NCBI GenBank assembly: GCA_963776345.1
Contig: CAVZMH010000022.1
Coordinates: 128,001 to 192,000, forward strand
DNA from: an uncultured delta proteobacterium
Lineage (GTDB): Bacteria; Myxococcota; Myxococcia; Myxococcales; Myxococcaceae
Direction: 5' to 3'
Length of the DNA: 64,000 nt
Shown: positions 32,090 through 44,291 of the stretch, in pieces
Layout: each line of letters begins with the position of its first letter
How positions within the stretch are numbered: position 1 is the stretch's first letter
Position numbers and translations under genes: made by a program
The notes under the pieces: model-generated
Told to the model about the DNA's origin: nothing
The model's input: the letters and a program-made list of their open reading frames with translations, nothing else
Databases searched by the model: none

Positions 32090-32511
32090 AGCGCGTCGAA
32101 CATCCGCCGGCGTTGCTCACGTCCGACGAGCGCTCCCTGCTCGCGCTCGAGGACGCGGTGATGCACGCCATCCGCAGCCGCGATGCCACGGCGCTCGGCG
32201 CGCTGGTGACCGAGGACTTCGTGCTGCTGGGATCGGACGGGACCGAGACCCGGCGCGAGGCGTTCCTCCGCGGGGCCATCGACATCCCGGGCGAGATCCT
32301 CGACCTCGCGGCCGAGCATCTCCGGGCGCGGGTGGTGGCGGGCGTCGGCGTGCTCACCGGGCTGCAGCGCGCCCGGGTCCGGCTCTCCACCGGGGTCGAG
32401 CTGGAGGACCTGGCGTTCTTCACCGACGTCTGCGTCCGGACCCCGACCGGCTGGCGCATGGCGGTGGCGCACTCGGGCCCGGCGATCTCACCCGGGGCGC
32501 CGCCCGGCTAG
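32086..32511 (+). CDS. NTF2-like (DUF4440) protein
   Basis: [18 protein letters not shown]...[19 protein letters not shown] overlap. Confidence 0.75.
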   Translation: MKRVEHPPALLTSDERSLLALEDAVMHAIRSRDATALGALVTEDFVLLGSDGTETRREAFLRGAIDIPGEILDLAAEHLRARVVAGVGVLTGLQRARVRLSTGVELEDLAFFTDVCVRTPTGWRMAVAHSGPAISPGAPPG

Positions 32512-34241
32512 GGCTGCCCCAGCGCGACGCCCTCGCCACGGGGGTCCGAGGCGGCGGTGCGCAGCCCGGTCTCGGGATCCTCCATCACCGCCTCGACGTC
32601 GGCGAGCGGCGAGTCCACCACCTTGAAGGTGTGCCCCATGGCCTCAAGCCCGGTGCGGGTGGCCGGGTCGAGCGAGTCCGGGTTCACGGAGACCGCGTCC
32701 GGGAGCCACTGGTGGTGGACGCGGCCCGCGGCGACCGCGGCGGGGAGGCTCATCCGAGCGTCGAGGACGTTCATCACCACCTGGATGACGCCGGTGGTAA
32801 TCAGCGAGCCACCGGAGCCGCCGAGCGCGAGCAGCACCCGGTCCGGGTGCTCCTTCTGGAAGACGAGGGTGGGCGCCATCGAGGACACCGGGACCTTCCC
32901 CGGCGCGATGGCGTTCGCCTCGCCGAAGACCAGGCCGTAACTGTTCGGGACGCCCGGCTGGATGGAGAAGTCGTCCATCTCGTCGTTGAGGAGCACCCCG
33001 GTGCCGCGGGCGACGAGGCAGCTCCCGAACCAGGTGTTGACCGTGGTGGTGAGGGCCACCGCGTTGCCGGCCCGGTCGAGCACCGAGATCTGCGTGGTGT
33101 GCTTGGCCTCCGACGGAGGGCGGGCCGCCGCGCCGGCTCCGGCCGCCGCGCCCGGCGGACGCTGCAGCGCAGAGGAGGGCGTGGCGCGGCCGGGATCGAT
33201 GCTCGCGGCGAGCTCCGCCAGGTGCCCGGGCGAGAGGAGTCGGTCGGTCGGGACCTCCACCTGGGCCGGGTCGGCGACGAACTGCGCGCGGTCGAAGTAG
33301 GCCCGCCGGAGCGCCTCGACGTAGAGGTGGACGTCGGCCGTGGCCCGCCGCTCGAAGCGCTCGGGGCGGAGCCGTTCGAGCACCCCGAGCGTCTCGAGGA
33401 CGATGACTCCGCCGCCTCCGGGCGGAGGAAACCCGGCGATGCGGTGTCCGCGGTACGTGCCCCAGAGGGGCGTTCGCCAGCGGGGCCGGAGGCGCGCCAG
33501 GTCCTCCTCGGAGAGGATGCCGCCCGCGCCGCGCACCGTCTGGACGATGGCCTGGGCGACCGGCCCGGTGCGGACGACCGAGGTCCCGCGCGCGGCGATG
33601 CGCTCCAGGGTACGCGCCAGCTCCGGCTGGCGGATGCGCGCGCCGAGCGCCGGCGCGTCGGGACGCCCGTCGGGGCCGGGCCGGAGAAAGATGCGGGCCG
33701 CGTCGGGGTCGCGGCGGAGGCACTCCGCGCGTGCGGCGGCGGTCTGCCGGTACTTGGGGTTGACCACGAAGCCATCGCGGGCCAGGCGGATGGCAGGACC
33801 GAGCACGACCGACCGCGGAAGCGAGCCGGCCTTCTCGAGGAGCGCGAGGTAGCCGTTGACCGCGTTGGGCACGGCGACGGAGAGGGCTCCGTCGATGGAC
33901 AGCTCGGGGACGGGCTTCCCGTCGCGCAGGAACATGTCGCGGGTCGCCGCCGCCGGGGCGACCTCGCGGAAGTCGAGCGCCAGGGTGTCCTTGCCGGCGA
34001 GCGCGACCAGGGCGAAGCCGCCTCCGCCCAGCCCGTTGTGGTACGGGCCGACCACCCCTGCGGCGAAGGCCGCCGCCACCGCGGCGTCCACGGCGTTGCC
34101 GCCACGGTCGAGCATCTGCAGCGCGGCCTCGGCGGCCTGGGGGTAGGCGCTGGCCACCACGCCCCCGCGGTAGGGCCGGGCCGCCTGCGCGGGGGCGACG
34201 ACCAGGACGAGCAGGAGAAGGACGAGGGCTCGGGTCTTCAT
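32508..34241 (-). CDS. ggt: Gamma-glutamyltransferase
   Basis: GGNAVDAA, GLGGGGF, DFREVAP, catalytic HTTQIS, LNDEMDDF, SSMAP; signal peptide; alternative start 34259. Confidence 0.94.
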   Translation of the reverse strand: MKTRALVLLLLVLVVAPAQAARPYRGGVVASAYPQAAEAALQMLDRGGNAVDAAVAAAFAAGVVGPYHNGLGGGGFALVALAGKDTLALDFREVAPAAATRDMFLRDGKPVPELSIDGALSVAVPNAVNGYLALLEKAGSLPRSVVLGPAIRLARDGFVVNPKYRQTAAARAECLRRDPDAARIFLRPGPDGRPDAPALGARIRQPELARTLERIAARGTSVVRTGPVAQAIVQTVRGAGGILSEEDLARLRPRWRTPLWGTYRGHRIAGFPPPGGGGVIVLETLGVLERLRPERFERRATADVHLYVEALRRAYFDRAQFVADPAQVEVPTDRLLSPGHLAELAASIDPGRATPSSALQRPPGAAAGAGAAARPPSEAKHTTQISVLDRAGNAVALTTTVNTWFGSCLVARGTGVLLNDEMDDFSIQPGVPNSYGLVFGEANAIAPGKVPVSSMAPTLVFQKEHPDRVLLALGGSGGSLITTGVIQVVMNVLDARMSLPAAVAAGRVHHQWLPDAVSVNPDSLDPATRTGLEAMGHTFKVVDSPLADVEAVMEDPETGLRTAASDPRGEGVALGQP

Positions 34242-34323
34242 CGGCGTGGCTGACTTCATTGCCGCGCGACGGGGCCGGCGCAAGACGAACGACGGCGCAC
34301 CGGCCCCCGCTCCCGGCCCCGTG

Positions 34324-34340
34324 GAGGTGTCAGACACCTC
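34324..34340. repeat. REP-like palindrome GAGGTGTC-A-GACACCTC (copy 1)
   Basis: Perfect 8-bp arms, intergenic between modA and ggt; same element at 37872 and 47514/47547. Confidence 0.8.
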
Positions 34341-34435
34341 GGCAGGCACTCGGGCATCGAGTCCCCCGGGCGTGCACGCCGGGGGAGACCGCTCGGGCTC
34401 CGGTCCGGCGGCGCGTCCAGATCGGCCCGGTCGGG

Positions 34436-35245
34436 TCACCGCGATCGGGGCCCCGGCGGCCCGAATCCGGCGCGGGTCAGCACGACCTGCCCCTCCGGGC
34501 CGGTCACCAGCGCGACCCACTGGCGGGCGAGCTCCCGGTGCGGCCCGCGCGTCACCACCGCGATGGGGTACTCGGCGAGCACGTTCACCTCGGGGGGAAT
34601 CTCGACGACGCGTACCCGGGCGCCCGCGCTCCGGGCGTCGCTGCGGTAGACGATGCCCGCGTCCGCCTCTCCGAGCGTCACCTTGGTCAGCACCTGGCGA
34701 ACGTTCAGCTCGCGGCTCACCACTCGCGCCTGGACCCGCGCCGGGAAGTCGGCTCCGGCCTGACCGCGCGCCCGGTCGAGGATCCGCAGCGTGTACGCGC
34801 CGATCGGCACCTCGGGCGCGCCGATGACCAGGCGCTTCGCGCTCGCGAGATCGGCCAGCGAACGCACCTTTCCCGGGTCGTCGGAGGGGACGACGATGAC
34901 CGGCGCGTTGGTGGCGAAGATCGTCGGCGGATCGACGAGGCCGGCGGCGTGCGCGGCGTCCATGTGCCGGGTGTCGGCGGAGGCGAAGACGTCCGCCGGA
35001 GCGCCGTGCTCGAGCTGGGTCCGCAGCTCCTGGCTCCCGGCGAAGCTGAAGCGCACCTTCACCCCCGGATGCGCGCGCTCGAAGGTCTCCCCGAGCGCGC
35101 CGAAGACCTCCCCCAGCGAGGCCGCGGCGAACACGGTCAGCGTCGCCCCATCCGGCCGTCCTCCATCGGCTGCCGCCCGGGCGATGGTGCCGAGGAGCAG
35201 CGGGACGACCGCGACGAGCGAGAGAGCGCGCCTGCATGCGAGCAT
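34436..35245 (-). CDS. modA: Molybdate ABC transporter substrate-binding protein
   Basis: VFAAASL, FAGSQEL, GAPADVFASA, VPIGAY, NVRQVL, DAGIVYRSD, YPIA. Confidence 0.93.
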   Translation of the reverse strand: MLACRRALSLVAVVPLLLGTIARAAADGGRPDGATLTVFAAASLGEVFGALGETFERAHPGVKVRFSFAGSQELRTQLEHGAPADVFASADTRHMDAAHAAGLVDPPTIFATNAPVIVVPSDDPGKVRSLADLASAKRLVIGAPEVPIGAYTLRILDRARGQAGADFPARVQARVVSRELNVRQVLTKVTLGEADAGIVYRSDARSAGARVRVVEIPPEVNVLAEYPIAVVTRGPHRELARQWVALVTGPEGQVVLTRAGFGPPGPRSR

Positions 35246-35276
35246 GGAGGCCGACCTCACGACGCGGCCCGGAGCG

Positions 35277-35296
35277 GTGTCAAGTCAGCTTGACAC
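35277..35296. promoter_or_regulatory. Palindromic operator GTGTCAAG-N4-CTTGACAC containing a minus-strand TTGACA (-35) upstream of modA
   Basis: Perfect 8-bp arms; overlaps the modC stop; same motif at 37849. Confidence 0.7.
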
Positions 35297-35989
35297 GGCG
35301 GCGACCAGGCTCCGGGCGAAGTCGCTCGGAGGCGACCGGCGCAGCTCCGCCACCCCACCGAGCGACCGCACCCGGCCGGACTCGAGCAGGACCACCGGCG
35401 CCCCGAGCGCCACCACGTCGCGCATGTCGTGGGTGACGACGAGGGAGGGGATGGCCACCCGGCGCAGCGTCTCGGCGAGGAGCGCCCGCGTCGTCTCCCG
35501 CGTGTCGGCATCCAGCGCCGCCAGCGGCTCGTCGAGCAGCAGCGCCCGGGGCTCGGCGGCCAGCGCCCGGGCGAGGGCCACCTTCTGGCGCTCGCCCCCG
35601 GACAGCGCCGCGGGCCGCCGGCCGGCGAGCGGCCCGAGGCCGAGCTGGTCCAGCACCGCCCCGGCCCTGGCGCGCCCGGCCGGGCCTGGGCTGCCGAAGG
35701 TGACGTTCTCCAGCACCGTGAGGTGGGGGAAGAGCGCGTACTCCTGCGGCACCCAGCCCACGTGCCGCTCCTCGGCCGGGAGCGAGATGCCGCGCGCGGT
35801 GTCCAGCAGGGTGCGCCCGTCCAGGAGGATGCGCCCGCGCCGGACCGGCACGGCCCCGAGGATGGCCCGGAGCAGCGTGCTCTTGCCCGCGCCGTTCGGT
35901 CCGACCAGCACCGTGGGCCCGCCCGGGAGCGAGAGCGTCACCTCGAGGACGAAGGCGTCGCGAACGACCTCCAGCTCAAGATCGAGCAC
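35285..35989 (-). CDS. modC: Molybdate ABC transporter ATP-binding protein
   Basis: GPNGAGKST, PQEYALFPHL, LSGGERQ, LLLDEP, VTHD. Confidence 0.9.
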   Translation of the reverse strand: MLDLELEVVRDAFVLEVTLSLPGGPTVLVGPNGAGKSTLLRAILGAVPVRRGRILLDGRTLLDTARGISLPAEERHVGWVPQEYALFPHLTVLENVTFGSPGPAGRARAGAVLDQLGLGPLAGRRPAALSGGERQKVALARALAAEPRALLLDEPLAALDADTRETTRALLAETLRRVAIPSLVVTHDMRDVVALGAPVVLLESGRVRSLGGVAELRRSPPSDFARSLVAAVSS

Positions 35990-36785
35990 GGACCGCCTCC
36001 AGCACCGTGCCTCGCCCGAGCAGGAGCAGCACCCCCAGCGCCACCGCCACCATCAGGACGCTGAGCGCCTTGGCCGGGCGAAGGTCGGTCTCCAGCGCGC
36101 TGTAGATGGCCAGCGGCAGGGTCTGCGTCCGCCCGGTGAGGTTTCCGGCGAACATCAGCGTCGCCCCGAACTCGCCCAGCGCCCGCGCCCAGCTCAGGGC
36201 GGCGCCGGTCACCACCCCGGGGCGGCTCAGCGGGAGCGCCACCCGGAAGAAGCGGCGCGCGGGCCCCGCCCCGAGGCTCCGCGCCGCCCAGAGCACGTCC
36301 TCGTCGAGCCTCCGGAACGCGGCCGCGGCGGACTGCACGTAGAACGGCGCCGAGACGAACAGCTCGGCGAGGACCACCGCCGCGGTGGTGAAGGGAAGCG
36401 TCCAGCCGGCGCGCTCCAGCAGCGGCCCGAGCAGGCCCCGGCGACCGAAGGCGAGCAGCAGGGCCAGGCCGGACACCGCCGGCGGCACCACGATGGGGAG
36501 CTGCACGAGCGTGGCGACCACGCGCTCGGTGGGCCCCGGGTGCCGGGCCATCCACCAGGCCAGCGGGGTGCCGAGCGCCAGCGTGAGGGTGAGGCTGAGC
36601 GAGGTGGTGAGGAGGCTGAGGCGCAGGGCGGAGAGCGCGAGGGGATGGCGGAGCCCGTCGAGGAGGTCGCCCGCACCGGTCGAGAGCACCAGCGCCAGCA
36701 GCGGGACGGCGAGCACGCCGACCATCAGCAGCGCCGCCGCCGCCGGGAGCACGCCGAGGACTCTCGTCCCGGGCCGGCCGCTCAT
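35976..36785 (-). CDS. modB: Molybdate ABC transporter permease
   Basis: LPIVVPPAVSG, ARSLGA, WARALGEFGAT, GRTQTLPLAIY. Confidence 0.92.
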   Translation of the reverse strand: MSGRPGTRVLGVLPAAAALLMVGVLAVPLLALVLSTGAGDLLDGLRHPLALSALRLSLLTTSLSLTLTLALGTPLAWWMARHPGPTERVVATLVQLPIVVPPAVSGLALLLAFGRRGLLGPLLERAGWTLPFTTAAVVLAELFVSAPFYVQSAAAAFRRLDEDVLWAARSLGAGPARRFFRVALPLSRPGVVTGAALSWARALGEFGATLMFAGNLTGRTQTLPLAIYSALETDLRPAKALSVLMVAVALGVLLLLGRGTVLEAVRARS

Positions 36786-37819
36786 GTCATGCCCACCGGT
36801 TGTCCGGAGCGCGCCGTGCCGTAGCCCGGGAGGGCGCCCACGTCGCGGCGGAACGCCGGCGTCCGGGCCGTGGCGAGGAGCCCCTGGACCTCGGGCCGGT
36901 CCACCTCGTCGGGCGTGACCACCAGGTTGAAGCTCTCCTCGGAGAGCGGGCGGAAGGCGAGGCCGTGGGCGGTGGCCGCGGCCTGGGTGGTGAGCCCGAC
37001 GTCGGCGGCCCCGAGCGCGACGGCCTGCGCCACGGCGTCGTGTCCGTGCACCTCGTCCGCATACCCGCGGACGGCGGGGGGAGCGAGCCCCACGTCCGCG
37101 AGGAGCCGGTCCAGGAGCGCCCGGGCCGAGGCGCCTCGCTCGCGGTTGACCAGCCGGACGTCGGCGCGGCCGAGATCGACCACGCCGCGGATGCCCCGGG
37201 GATTCCCTCCAAGGGTCGCGAGCCCGAGGGGCCAGGTGGCGAGATGGACCAGCACCGCGCCACGGACCCGGCGACGGTCCCGGTCGGTGAGCGAGTGCAC
37301 GCCGGCGACGTGCACCTGCCGGTGGACCAGGAGGTCCACTGCCTTCCCGGTGCCGGCGCCGAGCCAGCGGGCGTTGCCCGCCCGCACGGCGAGCATCCGC
37401 AGCGCTGGGTCGCACCCGGCGACGAGGACCATCCGGCGCCATCGCTCCGGCTCGAGCAGCGTCAGCGCCCCGTCCTCGGTCTCGACCAGCGCGTCCGCGG
37501 GCTCTCCCGAGCTCGGATCGAGCGCGTGGCCGTGCACCCGCCTCCCGACCTCGGCGAGGAGGAGCCGCGTCCCCGGTGCGGCGCCGGCGCGCACGGGAAG
37601 ATGTGGTGGACCGAGGCGTCCTGCGCCGAAGAGCTCCTCCACCGTCGTCCCGAGGAGGCGGGCGAGGGCGAGCGCCGTCTCCATCGAGGGCTGCGCGTGT
37701 CCGCGCTCGAGCGCGTTCAGCGCCTGCCTGCTCACACCCGCACGCCGCGCGAGCTGGTCCTGCGACCAGCCCTGGAGCAGGCGGCGCTCACGCAGCGTGC
37801 TCGGGACGCGAACGGGCAT
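36782..37819 (-). CDS. XRE-HTH plus molybdate-type PBP domain regulator
   Basis: WSQDQLARRAGVSRQALNALERG HTH; PBP motifs GCDPAL, LVNRERGASAR, HDAVAQAVALGAADVG, LPGY. Confidence 0.85.
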   Translation of the reverse strand: MPVRVPSTLRERRLLQGWSQDQLARRAGVSRQALNALERGHAQPSMETALALARLLGTTVEELFGAGRLGPPHLPVRAGAAPGTRLLLAEVGRRVHGHALDPSSGEPADALVETEDGALTLLEPERWRRMVLVAGCDPALRMLAVRAGNARWLGAGTGKAVDLLVHRQVHVAGVHSLTDRDRRRVRGAVLVHLATWPLGLATLGGNPRGIRGVVDLGRADVRLVNRERGASARALLDRLLADVGLAPPAVRGYADEVHGHDAVAQAVALGAADVGLTTQAAATAHGLAFRPLSEESFNLVVTPDEVDRPEVQGLLATARTPAFRRDVGALPGYGTARSGQPVGMT

Positions 37820-37848
37820 CGACCGAGCGTCGGTGCGGCGTGGCGGCC

Positions 37849-37866
37849 GTGTCAAGTCGACTTGAC
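37849..37866. promoter_or_regulatory. Palindromic operator GTCAAG-TCGA-CTTGAC with minus-strand TTGACA upstream of the regulator
   Basis: Perfect 16-bp palindrome 37851-37866, about 30 nt before the ATG; matches the modA site. Confidence 0.7.
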
Positions 37867-37871
37867 GTAGG

Positions 37872-37950
37872 GGTGTCAGACACCTCGTGACCGGACACCT
37901 CGTGACCGACACCTCGTGACCGGACACCTCGTGACCGGACCTCGTCACCG
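37872..37950. repeat. Palindrome GGTGTC-A-GACACC followed by tandem 15-mer GACACCTCGTGACCG (about 5 copies)
   Basis: Units at 37879-37893, 37894-37908, 37909-37922 (14 nt), 37923-37937 and degenerate 37938-37950. Confidence 0.9.
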
Positions 37951-38017
37951 CTACCGGCGCGCGCTGCCCGTCGCGGCCCTCTCCCCTTGGCCGACCGGAT
38001 CCTGCATCCTCCTCTCG

Positions 38018-38350
38018 ATGCTGACCGAGCGCGACCTCATCCTCCGTCTGGTGCGGCAGCTGGCCGAGGTGCTCGCCGCGGCGCTCCGGCTCCGCCGCGA
38101 AGGGCGACGGGACGAGGCGCTCCGGCAGATCGACGCCATCACCGGCAGGCTCACCGGGATGGATGCGGGAGCGCTCTGCCTGTTCGGCGAGGCGCCGCTG
38201 GCCGGGCTTCCGCGCGAGCTCAAGGTGCCGCTGGCATGCGTGCTGCGGACCCGTGCGCGGCTTCTCCGCGACGCCCGCCGGGAGTCCGACGCCCGCCACG
38301 CGCTCCGGGCCGCCCGCCTCCTGGTCCGCGGCGCGCGCGCCCCGCGCTGA
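38018..38350 (+). CDS. Hypothetical helical protein (DUF6483-like)
   Basis: [23 protein letters not shown]...DEAL N-terminus; GC3-rich codons. Confidence 0.65.
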   Translation: MLTERDLILRLVRQLAEVLAAALRLRREGRRDEALRQIDAITGRLTGMDAGALCLFGEAPLAGLPRELKVPLACVLRTRARLLRDARRESDARHALRAARLLVRGARAPR

Positions 38351-38444
38351 ACGAGGAGCCCGGACTGAACGTTGGCTCGCCCCTTCGGGGGGCCGCGCGG
38401 GGTTTGACCTCCGCGGCAGCCGCCTTGCAATGTGCCGGGCCACG

Positions 38445-39842
38445 ATGAACGAACCTCTGGCGGCGGTGGTGCTCTGCGCGGGGAAGGGGACCCGCATGAA
38501 GTCCGGGACGGTGAAGGTGCTGCACCCCGTGCTCGGGCAGCCACTGGCGGCGTGGCCGGTGGGCCGCGCCCTCGCGCTCGGGTGCAACCCGGTGGTGGCG
38601 GTGGTGGGACACCAGGGAGATCGGGTCAGCGCGGCGCTCGAGGCGCGCTTCCCGGGCCAGTCGCTCCGCTTCGTCACCCAGGCCGACCAGCGCGGAACGG
38701 CGGACGCGGTGCGGGTGGCACTCGCCGCGCTCGGGGGGGGCCAGGGACCGGTCCTCGTGCTCTACGGGGACACGCCGCTCCTCCAGGAATCGACGCTCCG
38801 GGCGCTGGTCGAGACCTTCCGCCGGGGGAGCGTGTCGCTGGCGCTGGTGACCACGACGGCGCCCGACCCCACCGGGTACGGCCGCGTGCTCCGGGCCTCC
38901 GGGCGCATCACCGGCATCGTCGAGGAGAACGACTGCACCGCCGACCAGCGGTCCATCCGCGAGGTGAACGCCGGGGTGTACGCCATCGACGCGGTGTTCC
39001 TCCGCGAAGGGCTGGCCCAGCTCCGCCCGGCCAACGCGAAGGGCGAGTACTACCTGACCGACCTCGTCGCGCTCGCGGCGCAGCGGGGCGACGTCGGGTC
39101 GGTGAGCGCGGACTTCGAGGACACGGCCGGGGTGAACGACCGCGCCGAGCTCGCCGCCTGCACCCGGGTGCTGCGGGAGCGGGTCAACCTCGCCCACATG
39201 CGCGCCGGCGTCACCATGCACGACCCGGCGTCGGTCACCATCGAGGCCGAGGTGACGCTCGGGCCGGACACCGTCCTCGAGCCCAACGTCTCGCTCCGGG
39301 GGAAGACGCGGATCGGCCAGGGCGTGACGCTCGGCCAGGGCTCGGTGCTCACCTCGAGCGAGGTGGGCGACGGCACGCAGGTGCTGCCCTACTCGGTGAT
39401 GACCGACTCGAAGGTGGGCCCGCGCTGCCTGATCGGCCCCTTCGCCCGGATGCGCCCGGGGAGCGAGCTGGCCGAGGCCGTGGAGCTCGGGAACTTCGCC
39501 GAGACCAAGAAGGTCCGGATCGGCCCGGGCACCAAGGCCCACCACCACTGCTACCTCGGCGACAGCGTCATCGGGGCCCGGGTGAACGTCGGGGCCGGCA
39601 CCATCACCTGCAACTACGACGGATTCGCCAAGCACCTGACCGAGATCGGCGACGGGGTCTTCATCGGTTCCGACAGCCAGCTCGTCGCCCCGGTGAAGGT
39701 GGGCGAGGGGAGCTACATCGGGGCCGGCACCACCCTGACCGAGGATGTCCCTCCTGACACCCTGGTCTTCAATCGTGCTCCCCGGATCGTGAAGCAGGGC
39801 TGGCCCAGCCGCCGGCGCGCCAAGGCGCCCGGACGGCGCTAG
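38445..39842 (+). CDS. glmU: Bifunctional UDP-GlcNAc pyrophosphorylase / glucosamine-1-phosphate acetyltransferase
   Basis: [30 protein letters not shown], hexapeptide repeats, [11 protein letters not shown]. Confidence 0.96.
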   Translation: MNEPLAAVVLCAGKGTRMKSGTVKVLHPVLGQPLAAWPVGRALALGCNPVVAVVGHQGDRVSAALEARFPGQSLRFVTQADQRGTADAVRVALAALGGGQGPVLVLYGDTPLLQESTLRALVETFRRGSVSLALVTTTAPDPTGYGRVLRASGRITGIVEENDCTADQRSIREVNAGVYAIDAVFLREGLAQLRPANAKGEYYLTDLVALAAQRGDVGSVSADFEDTAGVNDRAELAACTRVLRERVNLAHMRAGVTMHDPASVTIEAEVTLGPDTVLEPNVSLRGKTRIGQGVTLGQGSVLTSSEVGDGTQVLPYSVMTDSKVGPRCLIGPFARMRPGSELAEAVELGNFAETKKVRIGPGTKAHHHCYLGDSVIGARVNVGAGTITCNYDGFAKHLTEIGDGVFIGSDSQLVAPVKVGEGSYIGAGTTLTEDVPPDTLVFNRAPRIVKQGWPSRRRAKAPGRR

Positions 39843-39852
39843 TGTTGACGAC

Positions 39853-41690
<1,838 letters not shown>

Positions 41691-41835
41691 TGGGCCCGCG
41701 AACCGAGTCCGCCACGTACGGCGGACTGGTTCAGGCCGGCAGCCCCGCGCCCGGGTCTCCGAGGACGACTCCCCGAGGGCCCATTGCACCCGGCCCGCGG
41801 ACGCAGCTTCACTGGTGCCACGAAGGGAGGCGACC

Positions 41836-42224
41836 ATGGGCAAGCAAGACCTCGAGGGACTGACCACGAGATTCCTGGACGCCTGGAACTCCCAGGACGT
41901 CGAGCGCGTGGTGGCCTGCTACACGGAGGACGTGCGCTATCGGGATCCGAACACCCGGGGTTACGTCGAGGGACGCGATGCCATGCGCCGCTACCTCCGG
42001 AAGCTCTTCGCTTCCTGGCAGATGACCTGGGCGCGCCGCGAGGTGTTCGAGCTTGCGAGCCCCCCGGGGTGGCGTTTCTCTGGCATGCAACCTTCCGTCG
42101 CCCCGGCGGAACCGAGATGATCGAGGCGGACGGGATGGACCTCGTCGTTCTTCGCGGTGACCAGCTCGTCCGGAACGAGGTCTACTTCGACCGGGCGGTG
42201 CTGGCCCCGTTGCTGGCTGGGTGA
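41836..42224 (+). CDS. SnoaL-like / NTF2 family protein, frameshifted near 42065
   Basis: FLDAWNSQDVERVVACYTEDVRYRDP then GVAFLWHATF...RNEVYFDR; break lies in a C6/G4 run. Confidence 0.8.
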
Positions 42225-42248
42225 ACACGAAGGGGCGATGGCCCGCCC

Positions 42249-44291
42249 TCACTCTGGGGTGCCCGGGTACGGACGCCGGGCGGTCGCCGTCGGGCCGCCG
42301 ATGCGGATGAGGTGGACGACCCCCCGGGCCGTACCCACCGCCAGCAGCCGGCCGTCGGGCGAGAAGGTTGCCGAGGAGGGGAAGTCGTCCTGGAGCGCGA
42401 GCGTCAGCCGCCCCGTCACCGCCCCCGAGGGCCAGCTGCGCAGCCGGAGCTCCGGGCCGTCCGCGTCCACGCTCACGTCGCCGCGCGGCGAGAGTGCCAC
42501 CGGGCCGCCGGTCCGTGCCCGGCGCGGCACCGCGTCGCGCAGCGTCGGCCGCCCCACCTCCCAGAACCCGAGCAGCTTCGACGAGGCGAGCAGCATCCGC
42601 TTCCCGTCCGGCGTGGCCTCGCACGCCGTCACCTTGCCGAGCTTGCTCCCGGCGCGCGCCAGCGGTTCGCCCTCGGCGTCGCGGAGCTGGATGCCCCCGC
42701 GCTCACCGCGGGTGACGAAGGCGCCGCCCGGCGGCACGCAGCCGCCGAGCAGCTCCTGGTCGAGGGGGAGCGTCTGGAGCCGCCGTCCGGTGCGCACCGC
42801 CACCCGCTCCAGGTGGTAGTGCCGGCTGCAGCCGATGGAGCAGCCGCTCCGGAGCAGGCTCACGCAGGACTCCTCGGCCACCGGCGCGAGCACGTTCTCG
42901 CCGTCGGACGACAGGACCAGCTCGGGCACCGTCTGGAGGCCCGCCCACCCCGACGGGTCACGGACCCCGAGCGGGCTGTCCGCCGCCGGGCGCATCAGCT
43001 CCGCCACCTGGGCCTGGGCCGAGGCGCAGGCCGGCGTGGACCGCACCGGGTCGGGTGCCGGCGGCGGCACCAGCACCGGGCCGGCCGCTCCGTCCGCCAC
43101 GCGCCAGGTGCGTACCGAGTCGTCCTCGTGCTGGGAGAGCAGCGTCTCCGAGCCGGGCGTGAAGCGGAGGTCCAGCAGCGCGCCGCCCGGGACGGCGCCC
43201 GCGAGCCGCTGCGCGCGGGTGCCCACGTCCCAGACCGACCAGACGCCCGCGGCGTCGCCGGACGCCAGCCGGGCTCCGTCGGGCGAGAACCGCAGCGCGG
43301 TCACCTCGGCGCGGTGGCCGGGCGGGGGCGAGGCCGGCGCGCCGCTGCGCGGGTCGAGCCGGACGAGGGTCGTGGAGATGGGGTCCGCCCGGTCGCGCAC
43401 CTGACCGGCCGCGGCGACCAGCACCGAGCCGTCCGCGGCGAAGAGCGCCGCGGTCACCTGCACCGGGCGGACCTCCCAGCGGATGCGACCGGTGGGCAGC
43501 TCGATGAGCCGGAGCGCGCCCGAGGTCCGCGCCTCGTCGCACTCCTCGCCGCCGGTGACGGCGGAGACGAGCGCCAGCGTGCCGTCCTCCGAGAAGGCCA
43601 GCGCCCGGAGCGATTCGCCGTCGCAAGCCCGGCCGCGCCCCCGGAGCACGTCGAGGGTGAAGCTGCCGCCCCCCCGGTCGTAGCCGCGGACGATGCCGTC
43701 CTGGCCGACGACCAGGAGTCGACCGTCCGTCGTGGGCCGGAGCGCCAGGATGCGCCCGTCCGCCGCATGGAAGCGGCTCACCTGGCCGCCGCCGAGCGGG
43801 ATGAGCTCCACGTCACCCTCCGGCGTGGCCCGGAAGGCCGCCGAGCCGTCCGGCGCGCCGGCCAGCGCGGTCGTCCCGTCCGCGCCCGGGACGGGGAGGT
43901 CTCGCGGGGGCCGCTTCCCGCTCGGGTCGCAGACCCGGAGCGCCAGCCCCTCGGCGGTCAGGAGGCGGCCGTCGGTCATCGTGGCGAGCGGCGCGGCCAG
44001 GAGACAGCCCGGAGCCCGGTCGGTGGGGAGCGCCAGACCGGCGGGGCCGATGACCGCGCGCGCACCCGGCGAGGCGACGCCGGTCTGCTGCCAGTCGGCC
44101 ACGTCCCAGAGTCGCGTGAGCCCGGCGGCGTCGATGGCCAGCACCCGGCGCGCATCGAGCGTCACCAGGGTTTGGACGCGGTTCGACGAGGCGAGGTCCG
44201 GACGGCCCAGCGTCCCGGCGGGCTCGGTGGAGATGGAGGGTGCGGCGAGCGACGACGTCGAGACGAGCGCGAGCAGGACGAAGGAACGCAC
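42249..44291 (-). CDS. Secreted WD40/beta-propeller repeat protein
   Basis: Signal peptide, RBS AGGAGG; GHRAEVTALRFSPDGARLASGDAAGVWSVWD and similar repeats. Confidence 0.85.
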   Translation of the reverse strand: MRSFVLLALVSTSSLAAPSISTEPAGTLGRPDLASSNRVQTLVTLDARRVLAIDAAGLTRLWDVADWQQTGVASPGARAVIGPAGLALPTDRAPGCLLAAPLATMTDGRLLTAEGLALRVCDPSGKRPPRDLPVPGADGTTALAGAPDGSAAFRATPEGDVELIPLGGGQVSRFHAADGRILALRPTTDGRLLVVGQDGIVRGYDRGGGSFTLDVLRGRGRACDGESLRALAFSEDGTLALVSAVTGGEECDEARTSGALRLIELPTGRIRWEVRPVQVTAALFAADGSVLVAAAGQVRDRADPISTTLVRLDPRSGAPASPPPGHRAEVTALRFSPDGARLASGDAAGVWSVWDVGTRAQRLAGAVPGGALLDLRFTPGSETLLSQHEDDSVRTWRVADGAAGPVLVPPPAPDPVRSTPACASAQAQVAELMRPAADSPLGVRDPSGWAGLQTVPELVLSSDGENVLAPVAEESCVSLLRSGCSIGCSRHYHLERVAVRTGRRLQTLPLDQELLGGCVPPGGAFVTRGERGGIQLRDAEGEPLARAGSKLGKVTACEATPDGKRMLLASSKLLGFWEVGRPTLRDAVPRRARTGGPVALSPRGDVSVDADGPELRLRSWPSGAVTGRLTLALQDDFPSSATFSPDGRLLAVGTARGVVHLIRIGGPTATARRPYPGTPE

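Noticed and set aside
37820..38017. Moco/Wco riboswitch ahead of the mod operon
   Set aside because: No recognisable aptamer; the region is explained by the operator, a -35 element and the tandem repeat, with very little leader room
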